Notes under the pieces: model-generated | The model's input: the letters and a program-made list of their open reading frames with translations, nothing else | Told to the model about the DNA's origin: nothing | The model's database searches: none | Made by a program: the position numbers and the translations under genes | Assembly: GCF_009914755.1 (NCBI RefSeq) | Contig: NC_060927.1 | Length of the DNA: 64,000 bases | Origin: the human T2T-CHM13v2.0 reference genome, Homo sapiens | Direction: 5' to 3' (one strand) | Shown: one piece after another, positions 27,495 through 40,999 of the stretch | Position numbering within the stretch: the first letter of the stretch is position 1 | Layout of the letters: the number at the start of each line of letters is the position of its first letter

Positions 27495-27740
27495 AACTAT
27501 AGTATAGATGCTAATAATCTAGTTAGTGAAATCAAGTTCACAGCTCTATCACTTACTCGCTATGTGGCCTTGAGAAAGTTATGCAACAAATTTAAGGCTT
27601 GGTTTCCTCATCTGTAAGATGGGGGAAATAAGGATTTGTATCTTATATTGTTGTTATAAGCATTGAGCAAGATAATTTAGAAAATGCATTTAAGAGAGTT
27701 CCCAGTACATAATAACAGCTCAAAAACATTGACTATTATT
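27495..27740 (+). mobile_element. MIR SINE
   Basis: cacttactcgctatgtggccttg...tttcctcatctgtaagatgggg. Confidence 0.8.
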
Positions 27741-28549
27741 GCAACATAACAATAATGATCTTTATTTTGTGATGATCTCAGTTTATAAGGTGTTCTCACA
27801 TATGGGTGTTTAAGCTTGAATCAATTCTGTAAGATCATTTTCCCCTTCTCTCCCTTACCATTTCCCAGATAGACACATAGAGTCCTGGGGAGGATAATGA
27901 ATGTTCACAAGATCTCTGAGTTATTAATAGACATAGCTGAGATTGACTTCTCAGTTCTTCACTGCTGAGTCAATTTTGAAAATATAATAAGTTTCTAAAT
28001 TCCAGAGGTAAAGAAAAAAATGTTCTTAAAACGATACACAAAGCCACACACATTTAGTAATGTCTCTCAGAAAACAACTGGCTGCTGCTTGTTGAACAGA
28101 GTTGTATACTGATACCTGTTTTCAGACGTGTAAAAGCTATAGTTTTATTATTTTTAAATGAATAGTCCATAGAAAAAGGCTTGTATAATGTTTTCTATGG
28201 CTGCTGTATCTTTGGGTTCAGTCCATAACTATTTACAAAGATGAGCTCTGGTGGCAAGGCAAAAAAGGGTTGTAAATTGGGAGGTTTCAGGATCAGAAGC
28301 CACCCAGTGATTGCTGAAGATGAGACCAAATTGTGGAGATATTTGCTATTATATATAAAATTCCCACATGATAATGAGTAATAAGTTATTTTTTCTATCA
28401 CTTTCATGGTATAAATGATATCAAAGCACTTCTTTACTGCCTCTTCAAACTTTCTCCAGGAGCTGAGAAGACATATTGGAGAAAATTTGTGTGAACAGCC
28501 TGGAGAAGAAGACCATACAATTGGAGGACTATGACTTATATGTCATTTA

Positions 28550-28840
28550 TAATAATAGTAGCAATAGCAAATGCTCGTTGGGTGCATGGAAAGTGCCAGG
28601 CACAGCACTAATCACACACTAATCACACACACGCATGCACACACACACACACACCAGAAATGTTATATATATATGAAACATTTGTTCCTTATAACAACCC
28701 TGGAAAGTAGATTCTATTATTTGAATGCGTAGATGAGGAAACTGAGACAGAAAGGCTAAGTAACCTCCTCAAGGTCACAGAGTTAGTAAATGGCAGAGAT
28801 GGGAATTGAGCTCAGGGAGCCAGGCTGCACAGCCTATATT
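28550..28840 (-). mobile_element. MIR SINE with an internal (CA)n expansion
   Basis: agatgaggaaactgagacagaaaggctaagtaacc..caaggtcacagag. CA repeat at about 28607-28654. Confidence 0.8.
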
Positions 28841-29551
28841 CTACCTACTAATAAGCTACCCTGGAAGGAACAGTACCCATCTCTGAGAGAGCAGAACACA
28901 GGACAGGTGGGTTTTGAGAGCAAGAGGGGGAATGCTGGGTAGAGAGTGCAGATGCAGGTAAGGGACCACAGCAGTATCTTGACCTCTACAGTAAGAAAGG
29001 GGCACTCAGTGTGTGTCTGCACAATGACAGAGGGGCCTGGGATATAGGGAGCCAATAATGAATAGTCTTTATCTAGTCCACAGTTTAGCCAAGGGCCAGC
29101 CCTAGCTAAATGAATTAAAGAATCAGAGAAAATAAGATCTTTTGTAAAAGTGTGCTTGTTTGATTTACTGACTCATTTGGGAATTATTAACCCAAGTGCC
29201 AGGGTGGAATGAGCATAATTGTTTTTACTTAGAAGAGCACCTAAGCCTAAATTGCTGGGTGCAAATAAATCTATTCCTGGGAGGCAGCTGGGGAGCCCCC
29301 GCAGGCTTGTTCCTGGCCTCCTCCTCTGGGGGCTAGAGGAGCCAGCTAAGCACACGGCATTCTTTAGGCTGAAGTGAGAATTTACTCCTGAATGCTAAAG
29401 GGGCTTGCTCCATGTATAATCAAGGCTTACTGAAGGAAAAAAAAAACACACACACACGCACAAAAAACTGGGAAGGAAAATTTATTTTTGATGCCTCCAT
29501 ATTTTTCTCTGACTTATGTGCCTCATCACCTCAAAAGTCCACCATTGCAAC

Positions 29552-29555
29552 TGTG

Positions 29556-29590
<35 letters not shown>
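29552..29590. repeat. (TG)n microsatellite, interrupted once
   Basis: Read directly from the sequence. Confidence 0.95.
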
Positions 29591-32330
29591 CTTTCAGAAT
29601 CTCCTTTTTCCCTCTGGGGATGTCAACTTCCTAAATTGCCAGTGCCCTCACAATTTTTCACAATCCCTGTCTTCCTCAGCCTTCTCCTGTGGCACCACCT
29701 CCACACAGCAGCTTCAATTACATGGTTTCCATGGGTAGAAACAAGCAAAGGCAGACACTGGCCATAAAACTGACTGATGCAACTTCAAGTTAGCCTGGGG
29801 CAGATATTTTTAAAGAACATTGTTTTAGGCCATAACACTTTACCTTGAAGGAGTGAAACTAGGCCGGTAGAATTTCAGGCAGAGAAGCGGACAGGTGTGT
29901 GGACTATTCTAGACCAGCAAATGAGATGGTGGGTCCTTCTCCAGAAATCCTTGCATCATGTTTTTACAGTAAGCTTCTTGTTTGCTTATGCATAACATTA
30001 CTCTGGCCCCTGTGAATGTGGAGAAACTGGCCTCCATGTCTCTTGGGTCAGTCTCTGTTGAGCTGTGGGTCTTTGTCATGGATGTCACGTACATATACCT
30101 TAGAGAAAAGATAAAAGAGTTGGAGGGGTGGGCTTGAGAAAGGCTGTATAATTTTATTGAGCAATATTTCTTCTTTAAATGGGCTCATGGATAATTCAAT
30201 TAGCTGGCTTTTGATTGCTCTTGTTAGTGGTTAGGCGCTATATAATGAAAATATGGATTTGTTCAAGTCTCACCATCACAAACCAGCTTGTCAGGATGGA
30301 TGATTCAACAGATCCACAGTGGGTGTGACATAGGTTCAAGTGTGTACTGACCATATTCCTCTTTAGCGTGTGTGTACTCTCTTTCTTGCTGGCTCTCTCT
30401 GGATCTCTTTCTCAGCTTTGTTTGGAGATGGAGCTAACAGTTGTAGAAAATAAATATCTGCCTAAACCGAGTGGACAGCAGCCAATGAGAATACTGTGAA
30501 ACTTCCCCGTGGAAAGCTCCATGACATGGCATATGCGAGTCTGTCTCTCTCATTGATGCTATATGCAGATGGTATATATCAGCTAGAAGACTTTGAAAAG
30601 GAGATTTATTAAGTGTCAGGTTGAGAGTTGTGTTTTCATCTTGATTATGAAAATGATATATAATTTTAAAAACAATTATGGTGCTTGATAAATTTCTCTG
30701 TTTGTATAAACTTCCCATTTCAGGAATTCTACATGTAATTCAGTCTGTGTGTCCTGAGAGAAGTCCTGAGAAAGGAGACCGAGTGCATTCAGCATGCTAG
30801 AATGATTTCTCCATGAGAACAGGTTAAAAGGCATAGTGGGAATCAGTGCAGGGATACAAGGTCTGAGTAGGAATGGCATATACATCCTCAGAATTAAAGA
30901 GGGTACAGGCAGGATGAAAATACACTTGTTTATCACATCACTGAAAGCTGGGAAGGGGGATTTGCTTGAAGCTTGAAAGCAGTGATTTAAGACCAGAATC
31001 ACAGGTGCATTTTGCATAGGTCATAAGCACTATTGATCATGTGCAGTGTCTTGAAAGGGAAGTAGATTCCAAAAAAGAGCAGATATGTACATGAAGAATA
31101 AAACTGTAGTTGACGATTAAAGGTACATTATGAACACTCAAGAAATGTCTCTATTTTTGAGGATGAGGTCATCTTTCTCCACAAAACACCCTTCAGGAAA
31201 GGAGGGGGAGGTTGAACCACTGGTGCAGCATGGTTTCTCTCTTTTTGTGTGCCCTGAATATATCACATTTATCCCTCATCAAAGAGAAATTTTTCTTTTT
31301 ATTGGGAAATGTAGAAGTGATACCTCAAACGATATGGTTTTTGTTTCCAAAGACATGGTAGGGGGTTCAATGCTTCCAAAAAAACATATACTAGACATAA
31401 GTATGTGGTATTTTATTTTAGATGCTATCAGTTGATCTTTTGCTACTACATTTCTAACAGCCAAAACCTCTTAGTGACTATCACTTATTTTTTTCTTTAA
31501 TAATCTTATTTTTGTGTAGACTAAGTGGTCTCAAACCAAGCTATTTCTGGGGTTGGGAGGAGGTAGGTAATATAGACTATCAAGGTGAATCAAGGGCACC
31601 GCAACAGGGGATGGTGAGGACTGCAGGAAACTGAAGCTCCTATGCTTTTGTTAAGGGAGACTTCTGCTACTCAGTTTCAACCAGTAGTTGCCATATGGGG
31701 CTTCAGGCCCAATATTGTGATCCTAGGCAAATCTTTCAAAGAGATGCCACAAACATGGTCAAATAAGCAAAGTTTTTTTGTCATTTAAAATAATGCGCAG
31801 GTCCTGAAAGACTAGTTCATGACTTCTGGAGAATAATTTATTCTTGGGAAAGTGAACACCAAACAAATAAACAGCAAGAACAAAGCATGAATGAAACAAA
31901 AAGCAGGTTCTTGACCAAACCAATGAAAATAAAATCAACAAGGAATTGTGACTTCCTATACATATGCATGACCCTAGGGTTTTTCCAATGGAAAAGTCTA
32001 AACCATAAGCTGAAATTCCTATTCTCTGCTAGCTGCACATCAAGAGTGGAGACAAATATTTCAGTTTGAAGTAGTAGGGGAGGATTCATAGAAGAGGTAA
32101 TATTTGAATTATGAGTTGAAATTTGGATGTGGCTTGGTTAAGAGATAACCATAACGAAGAAGCAGTCCTCATGGGTTGAATGAAGGGAAGAAATGCTCCA
32201 TGGTGGGGAAAGTTACCAATTCCTTTTCTGGGGAAATAGTGACACCAAAAGCTCTCAAAAGCAATTAGCTAAAAGCACTAGTTTTTGACAGTCTTCAGTG
32301 GCAGTCTTAAGTCTGAACTTTATCGTCTAA

Positions 32331-32640
32331 CAGGTGGTTGCCAACTCAAATGCCCACAGGGGCCAGACAGGTAACCTAAAAAGAAAAATGATTTTGGAGA
32401 ATGGGACACTGTATCCAGATTAAAAAAACAGGCTCAGCTCCAGTGGATCCTTGCCACGTAGAAATGCAGCACCAGCATTGCCTAAGAGAAGTTCGAAATC
32501 TGGGTTTTTATTTGCAAGTTAGAATTTTAAAATGTTGGCAGCAAATTCACATTAAAAAGGAAAAGTGTGAATCAAAGCTTATTTGAAATCCCATATGTAA
32601 AATAAACTCAGGGCTGCGGGTGATGAGGGCTGGGATTACC
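32331..32640 (-). mobile_element. MER102-like hAT element
   Basis: caactcaaatgcccacaggggccagacaggtaac...ctcagctccag...aaaatgttggcagcaaattca. Confidence 0.75.
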
Positions 32641-35017
32641 CAGGCCCCAGTCACTGAGCTACATACTTTCCCTTCTTGAGCTAACAGTGGGTCTCATCTT
32701 AGAGAACGTTTTAAATACTACTGCTACTGGTAATAAGAAACCATTAAAGATGCAATAAATTTGGCATGCACCATAATTATACATATGTTTTAGAAAAAAG
32801 TTTGCGCATGGACAAGAAGTATAAAATGAAAATAGTTTTTGAAAGTAAAAATATTTTTAAAAGGTTACATTTCATAATTATAATGTAAAATTTAAGTTAG
32901 GGAAACATTGATTAAAAATATCTTTCTAGAGTCTTGTGACTTTGCCACCAATAGAAATCTCAGGTATTTTTATACTGTTGAAATGCAGATGGCTTGAAAA
33001 ATCACTTAGGGTTCTTACTACAGGTATTTTGAAATTACAGTCATTATTCAGACCTGCAGACCTGCAGTCAGATTATGTTCTTTAATGCATTAATAAAGAA
33101 GCATACATCTTATTATATCACACATTTTTAAAATGTTATTTCATTATAATTAGTTTTCTTTTTAATCCTTTATTTTAAAAGGGATGCATAGGCTTCACTG
33201 GACCACTAAAGGAGTCCATGGCACAAGGAAAGTTAGGAAGGCTGTTCGGAACCAGTGTAGCAGTAAATAAAAAGATTACCCACTCTGGCGATGCCAGAAT
33301 TGCTTTTCTTTCCAAAGATTTCCTACCCCCAGGTAGGACTTTTTACCTTTCCAATGTGAGTTTCCTGTGGCTTACAGGAATTCAGCTGGAATCCTACATT
33401 ACTCTGCAACAGAATAAAAAACAAAACTTAATAAGTTGACAACTTAAAGAAAAATAAATTCAAATATGTAAAAGCAAAATAGGGGAGAACCGGCAGAATG
33501 CTGCTGTGTAGCAAACCCAGGTGGAGAGGTAAAATCGTGATGAGGTGGGAAAGGAAGACGGCCAACGTGGATCACGTGAAAAACCAGCTGGGAGGACATT
33601 TTCTCCGAAAAAAGAAATGGGGATAGTTGATGAGGAGTCAGGAGGACTCTCTGGGCTCTTTTAGGAAAAATATCTTCTGAAGCATATTTTTTTTATTACC
33701 TGAACAGTGATGAAAGGACAAAGTTTCAGTTTCCTAGGGAAATGCACTGGCTGTGACCAAATTAGTCCAGAATTTGCTATTATTTAAATGCAGTTTCTTG
33801 TATTTATTAAAATGAAGTGACTGTCATATTAAAATTGAAAACGAGCAGTTGCACATGCAAATTATTTCTAAAGTTCAACTGCTGCTAAATGAGACGCGGT
33901 GCTCTTAAACTTAGAAATGCTTAACATAAATTATGACCTAATTAACATTTGCACGGTAATCCGGACTTCCTACAGCTTTTTCTGCTAATTAACACATGAC
34001 AAATGAGCATACATTAATATTTTATTGTAACATCACTTGTCCAAGAAAGCTTCTTAACTCCTCAGAAAATATTTTGTGTTTTGTGTAATTTTTTTTGCCA
34101 TTTTCTGCTTGAGAAGTATCCTATTGTGGTTTATGCCATTGTATAATATTAATGATAAAGTTGTCTTGTGTTGTAAATTTAATAAGATCAGCAAAGATGC
34201 AAGCTCTAGGAATCTTTTATCTTCATTTAAACTCTTTTCTTTATTCTTTCTAGGGAATATCAGCATTTTTGAGAAAAAAATAAACTAATTGCCTTGATAT
34301 GTACATCTTAGCTAATTATCACTTTCCATGGTTGGTTGCCTCCTAGAGCTATGGGTTCATGAGTAAAGGTAGACCCATCAAGAAGAGCAAAATCATGTAT
34401 AAGGCTATAGATTTTAAGCTTTGTAAGTGGTTTAATTTTGACTGTATATTCAGTTTGTGTCATCTGTTATCTAAATTGTAACAGCCCTCAAATTAGGGAG
34501 ATCAGAACACTTCTACATCTACAACAGACAGAGAGCGACTAACTATGAATGTCTACTGTAACTTTAATTTTTATTGGGGCACAGCTTCTCAGTTTTGATT
34601 TGCTCTCCTGGTATATTGCAGGGGTTTTTGTTTGTTTTAATTTGTTTTACTTGGGATTTTCCAAGGATGACTGCAGAATACATTTTTATCTGATCACATA
34701 AATCAGAGTCTGTGATCTTTGAGGTCTGGGAGATTTTCTCAACTAGAAAGAGAGCATCTTGCTGTGACGGGCAATGTATTGGGTGTTTTGCAAGCACATT
34801 ACAAGGGCACGTAATGAACGACTGATAGGGTCCCAGTGTCTTCCCCTTTATGTTTAAAGAAACCCTTGAGGTTATTGAGCACTTTCCTGATGAATGCTTG
34901 AATCCTATTCACAGCCTTCCAAACCTATTTCTATCAATGCCTTTTGACTTAGAACTCACAAGGGAGCCAGTGAAAGTGCTGGAGAGTACAAATTGTGAGT
35001 GGAGACATAGATGAATT

Positions 35018-35096
35018 TGTATATGTGTGTATATATACATAGGTAGATATAGAGACGACATATACATATGTGTGTATACATAGATGTTTGTGTGTA

Positions 35097-35135
<39 letters not shown>
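35018..35135. repeat. Compound (TG)/(TA)/(CA) microsatellite
   Basis: Read directly from the sequence. Confidence 0.9.
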
Positions 35136-35169
35136 TACCTATGCCTCTGTCTATTGATCAATCTATCTC

Positions 35170-35562
35170 TTTATTTTTATTAGCTAAAAATTGAAAACAA
35201 CCCAAATGTTCATTGACAGGTAGATAGAGAAATAAATTGTGATATATCCATACAATAGGATGCTCAGCAATAAAAACTAATGAACTATTGAAGTGTGCAA
35301 CAACATGGATAAATGTCAAAATCATTATGCCAGACAAAAATGTGTACATACTGTATGGTTTCACTTACATAAATGTGTAGAAAATACAAACAATAGTGAT
35401 AGGAAGCAGATCAGTAGTTACTTGGGAGGGGGTTGGATAGAGATTATAAAGCAGCAGGCAGAAATTCTCTTGATTGTAGTGATGGTTTCACAGGTGAATG
35501 CATATATCAAAATTTATCAAATCATACATGAAATATTTACATTTTATTATATATCAATAAAG
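35170..35562 (+). mobile_element. L1ME-type 3' fragment
   Basis: tagctaaaaattgaaaacaacccaaatgttcattgacagg...aagcagatcagtagtt...tcaataaa. Confidence 0.75.
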
Positions 35563-37049
35563 CCGTATGTGTCATATATGTATGTACACATTTCTGTGTT
35601 GGTGAGTGTATTGTTTGTTTACTCTTTTTTTTGCCAACAAAGTATTAGTTCCATGAGAGCAGATAAGTTTATCTTTGGTCCAGTGCTATATTCCAGCTTC
35701 TAGAATGTGCTTGGCACATAGTAGGAGCTTGATAAATATTTGGGAAATAAATAAATGCAAAGAAGGCATATACACCTCTCTGTAGATATATGTAAGCACT
35801 ATGCTTCTGCTTTTAAATGTGTGTCTGTCTAAAGAACATCACCATCTTTTTCTCTATCTGAATGGTGCAGGAATGGTATATATCTCAGACAGTTCTGGAA
35901 AATATAAAATAATTTCAGGTTGCAAAGAACTGAGCAGTACCCAGGTTATACAGAATAACCAGGTAGAAGGAGAATTCAACTGTAGGTTGAGATACAGTAG
36001 ATTAGCCAAATATTTCATGAGAGGAGCTGACCATGAAGACATAATTTCTGATTTTCACAAGAGAAAACCTTCAGGTGATTCTGGGAATTATGGTAAGATT
36101 ATAAAAGGCATCAAGAGGCAACAAAAAGCTGAGGCAGGATAACCTGGGACTAAGATCTGCTGAATTCAGGACAGAGAGGAAGATATACAAAATAGCTGGG
36201 AAGAACGTGAGGAGGGAACTCTGGGGTTTTTATAAGCTGATGCCTCTATTTCTCTGTCAGGGTGGGAGAGTGACAGATTTCCATAAGGCACAGGGGTTTT
36301 TAGGGGCAATTAAATAAAAATAGTCAATGCTGTAAAGTCTTTGACATGGTATCAAGCAAGACGGCCAGCTCCATGTAGAATAACTCATAAACTTTCTCAT
36401 TGGATTTGATTTTGGGTGACTGGCGTAGAGCCAGGCAGTAGGCTCTAACTGTGTCCATAATATTGGCCAGGATTCAAGTTGGAGTTCTACAATGAGATTA
36501 GTTTTCCTCAAATTAACCCCAAATCTACTTCCTTGTGACATCTACATTTTGGTCCTTGTTTTGAATTCCATGGCTATCCTAAATATGCCTAACGTAAGGA
36601 TTTGCCTCTTTAATTGTCCCAGAGCATTTTTATGATCTTCTTAATCTTCTCCAGGTTAAACACTCCCATTCCTTCATCATTTTTTCATTAAATATATTCA
36701 TAGTTTCTCACAAGCTTTTCTGTTATTCACTCCATCATTTATTACTTCCCCAATGACCACAATAAACTGACTTTCTATTAAAAGTTTAATGTCCTTTTTC
36801 CTCCAGGAGTGGAGGCTCCATGAGAGTGAGGAATGTGGTTATTGTGTTTATTTAGTACATGGCTTGAGAGGTAATACAAGCACTTAGTTTTAGGAACTAG
36901 CATGCTCCTGCACATGGTAGGCATTTACTATTTATTTGTAGAGGGAGTGGTTTTACAGGATTATTTTTACTGTGTTGTTATTGCAAGTTTTGAATTTGCA
37001 TCCATTTTAACTGTAAATTGCTAAGCATTATGACCATCCGGTAGCCAAC

Positions 37050-37130
37050 TTTTCTTCCTTCCTTCCTTCCATTCTTCCTTTTTCCTTTCCTTTCCTTCCA
37101 TCCTTCCTTCCTTTCTTCCCTCTTTCCTTC
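37050..37130. repeat. (TTCC)n-type pyrimidine tract next to an L2 tail
   Basis: Read directly. It is followed by ttcaacaaacatttactg. Confidence 0.85.
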
Positions 37131-38514
37131 AATTCAACAAACATTTACTGATTGCCTATTCTTTGCTCAATCTAATGACACGATGTTGAATGAGACTCTG
37201 TCCCTACTGTCCAGGAGTAGTAGAAAGACAGATTCATAAACAATTATAATAAGGAAAAATACTTACTCTAATGAAGGAACTAGGAAATGCTTTACAAAAA
37301 AACAAAAAACAAAAAACAAAAACAAGACAAAAAAAAAGTTACTGTCGGCCTCCATAACACTCCTTGTTGCTTCCTTTGACATTCGCCATCCTTGCAGTTC
37401 TTCACATGGCAGTAATGTCTTCAGCAACTCAAGAAAATAAGTCATAGCAGATCACCTGGCTTTGGGCATTGTTGACTAGAGATTAGGAATTAATACATGC
37501 TAAGCAAGCACTTTTAACTTAAAAAAAGTTTCAAACTGACCATTAGATGAAAGATAAGTTAAATAACTGGTTTCAATAAGTGATACATATAAAATAAGAC
37601 ATACAGAAAGAACAAGATTTCGAAGCTATGGGATATTATATTCAAGTTGTCATTTTGTCTATCAAGGACTTTAATGCATTCCTCATGGGGTTAACTTTAC
37701 TGTAGATCTTCTTTTCCAGAATAAGATACTTATTTCTAGCTCAGACGGATTTCTCTTGTTTATATTAGCTGGCTATTTCTGCTTTTCTGAGGCTTGAGAC
37801 TTCATAGTATAACAGTGCTGATGGCTTTAAGCTTTTAAATCTTTAATCACCCTAATTCCTGTACTTGGGGTCATATTACTTAAGTAGGCGCCACTATTCT
37901 CAGGAATAGAACTGCTAAAATAAAAATATATCTGTATTTTTTCTTCCCCTGTGGTTTACCTAAGACAAACCCGAGAGAACATGGAACTGGAAAGCACAAA
38001 CTTCTTATTTCCTTCAAAATTATTCTTTGCCTGATCACAAAAGACCTCATGTGTTATGGTTCTAGTAGCGTGGTTTGTCATCTCTCTTCCACTTTTTTTC
38101 TTAGTAAATAGAAAATTCATTAGATCTTGTTTAGTCTTGTTCCTTTGTATCAGACAGTAATAAGGATGGCCATAAAAACAACAGGGGCTAACATTTTGGA
38201 GCACGTATTATGTGAGAATTTGCGGACTAAGTCCCATACATGCATTATCTGATTTAATCCCCATATTATTGTATGTGCATAGACTCTAATACAAAGGTTG
38301 TCAGTAACACAGTTTCCTGTGCTCTGCCCTTTGAGAGTTTAATTCAAGAGATCTAGAGGAGGTGCAGAGCTATGCATTTTTGGATGGTTTTAAGAAAAGG
38401 AGTAGCTGCAGTTTTTAATACATATGCTGGAACATTGTAATGAAGGTGTTGCTAAGACTGGACTTTGGAAAATAATGGTTTGTATGCACCATAATAGATA
38501 AATCTCTGAGATGG

Positions 38515-40815
38515 TGTATTAGTCCATTTTCACACTGCTGATAAAGACATACCCGAGACTGGGTAATTTATACAGCAGAAAGGGTTTAAGGAACTTAGAG
38601 TTCCATGTGGCTGGGGAGGCCTTACAATCATGGCAGAAGCCAAGGAGGAACAAGTCACATTTTATGTGGATGGTGGCAGGCAAAGAGAGAGCTTGAGCAG
38701 GGAAAGTCCCCCTTATAGAACCATTAGATTTCGTGAGACTTATTTACTATCATGAGAACAGCATGGGAAAGACCTGCTCCCATGATTCAACCACCTCCCA
38801 CTGGGTCCCTCCCACAACACATGGGACTTGTGGGAGATACAGTTCAAGAGGACATTTGGGTGGGGACACAGCCAAACCGTATCATTCCACCCCTCACCCC
38901 TCCCAAACTTCATCCTCACATTTCAAAACCAGCCATGCCTTCCCTCACAGTCTTAACTTATTTCGGCATTAACTCAAAAGTTCACAGTCCAAAGTCTCAT
39001 CTGAGACAAGGCAAGTCCCTTCTGCCTATGAGCCTGTAAAATCAAAAGCAAGTTAGTTACTTCCTAGATACAATGAGGTTGTAGGCATTGGGTAAATACA
39101 GCCATTCTAAATGGTAGTAATTGGCCAAAACATAGGGGCTACAGGCCCCATGTAAGTCCAAAATACAGCAGGGCAGTCAAATCTTAAAGCTCCAAAATGA
39201 TCTCCTTTGAATCCATGTCTCACATCGAGGTCACACTGATGCAAGAGGTGGGTTCCCATGGTCTTGGGCAGCTCCACCTCTGTGCCTTTGCAGGGTATGG
39301 TCTCCCTCCTGGCTTCTTTCACAGGCTGGCATTGAGTGTCTATGGCTTTTCCAGGCGCATGGTGCAAGGTGTCAGTGGCTCTACCATTCTGGGGACTGGG
39401 GGATGATTGCCATCTTCTCACAGATTCACTAAGCAGTGCCCCAGCAGAGACTCTGTGTGGGGGCTCTAATCCTACATTTCCTTCCACACTGCATTAGCAG
39501 AGGTTTTCCATGAGGGTCCCACCCTTACAGCAAACTTCTGCCTGAACATCCAGGCATTTCTATACATCTTCTGAAATCTAGATGAGGTTCCCAAACCTCA
39601 GTTCTTGATGTCTGTGCAACTGCAGGCTCAACATCACATGGAAGCTGCTAAGACTTGGGACTTGCACCCTCTGAAGCCACAGCCCGAGCTATACCTTGGC
39701 CCATTTTAGCTGCAGTTGGAACAGCTGGGTTGCAGGGCACCAAATCCCTAGGCTGCACACAGCAGGGGGCCCCTTGGCCAAGCCTAGGAAACCATCTTGT
39801 CCACCTAGGCCAGTGATGGGAGGGGCTGTGATGGGACGGGCTGCCATGAAGACCTCTGACATGCCCTGGAGACATTTCCCCCATTGTCTTGGGGATTAAC
39901 ATTTGGCTCCTAGTTACTTATGTAAATTTCTGCAGCCAGCTTGAATTTCTCCTCAGAGAATGAGATTTTCTTTTCTATTGCATTGTCAGGCTACACATTT
40001 TCTGAACTTTTATGCTCTGTTTCCCTTATAAAACTGAATGCCTTTAACAGCACCCAAGTCACCTCTTGAATGTTTTGCTGCTTAGAAATTTCTTCCTCCA
40101 GATAACCTAAATCATCTCTCTCAAGTTCAAAGTTCCACAAATCTCTAGGGCATGGGCAAAATGCCACCAGTCTCTTTGCTAAAATGTACCAAGTATCACC
40201 TTCTCCAGTTCCCCACAAGTTCTTCATTTCCATCTGATAACACCTTGGTCAGGATTTCATTGTCCATATCATTATCAGCATTTTGTTCAAAGCCATTCAA
40301 CAAGTCTCTAGGGAGTTCCAAACTTCCCCACATTTTCTTGTCTTCTTCTGACCCCTCTGAACTGTTCCAACCTCTGTTTGTTACCTAGTTCCAAATTCAC
40401 TTCCACATTTTCAGGTATCTTTTCAGCAGTCCCCCATTCTCCTGGTCCCAATTTACTGTATTAGTCCATTTTTACACTGCTGAGACATGTCCGAGACTGA
40501 GTAATTTATACAGGAAAAAGGGTTTAATGAACTTACAGTTCCATGTGGCTGAGGAGGCCTCTCAATCATGGCAGAAGCCAAGGAGGAGGAAGTCACACCT
40601 TATGTGGATGGCAGCAGGCAAAGAGAGAGCTTGTGCAGGGAAACGCCCCCTTACAGATGAGATCTCGTGAGACTTTTTCACTATCATGAGAACAGTCTGG
40701 GAAAGACCTGCCCCCGTGATTCAACAACCTCCCACCAGGTCCCTCCCAAACATGAGAATTGTGGGAGAGACAATTCAAGATGAGATTTGGGTGGGGACAC
40801 AGCCAAACTATATCA
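38515..40815 (-). mobile_element. Complete THE1A MaLR provirus (3' LTR 38515-38884, internal 38885-40456, 5' LTR 40457-40815)
   Basis: Two direct LTRs with TG..CA ends and a perfect TSD gatgg (38510-38514, 40816-40820). PPT aggggtggaa. Internal ORF remnants include LAKRLVAFCPCPRDLWNFELERDDLGYL. Confidence 0.95.
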
Positions 40816-40999
40816 GATGGAAATCACATCATCAGTGGGGTGAATGGGGTGATGGAGGGAAATCAGGGAAGGCTCACTGGAAGAGGTGTGGTATAGGAAT
40901 TTGAAACAGAACTCTGGAGCCAGGGAGCTCCAGCTCTCGTGCCAGCTCTGCCACTTGCTAGTTGTGCCACTTAGCATTTCTGTGCCTCAGTTCCCCCTC

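Noticed and set aside
39107-40233. ORFs in the THE1 internal region as a host gene
   Set aside because: These are fragments of the decayed MaLR internal ORF, broken by stops and frameshifts.
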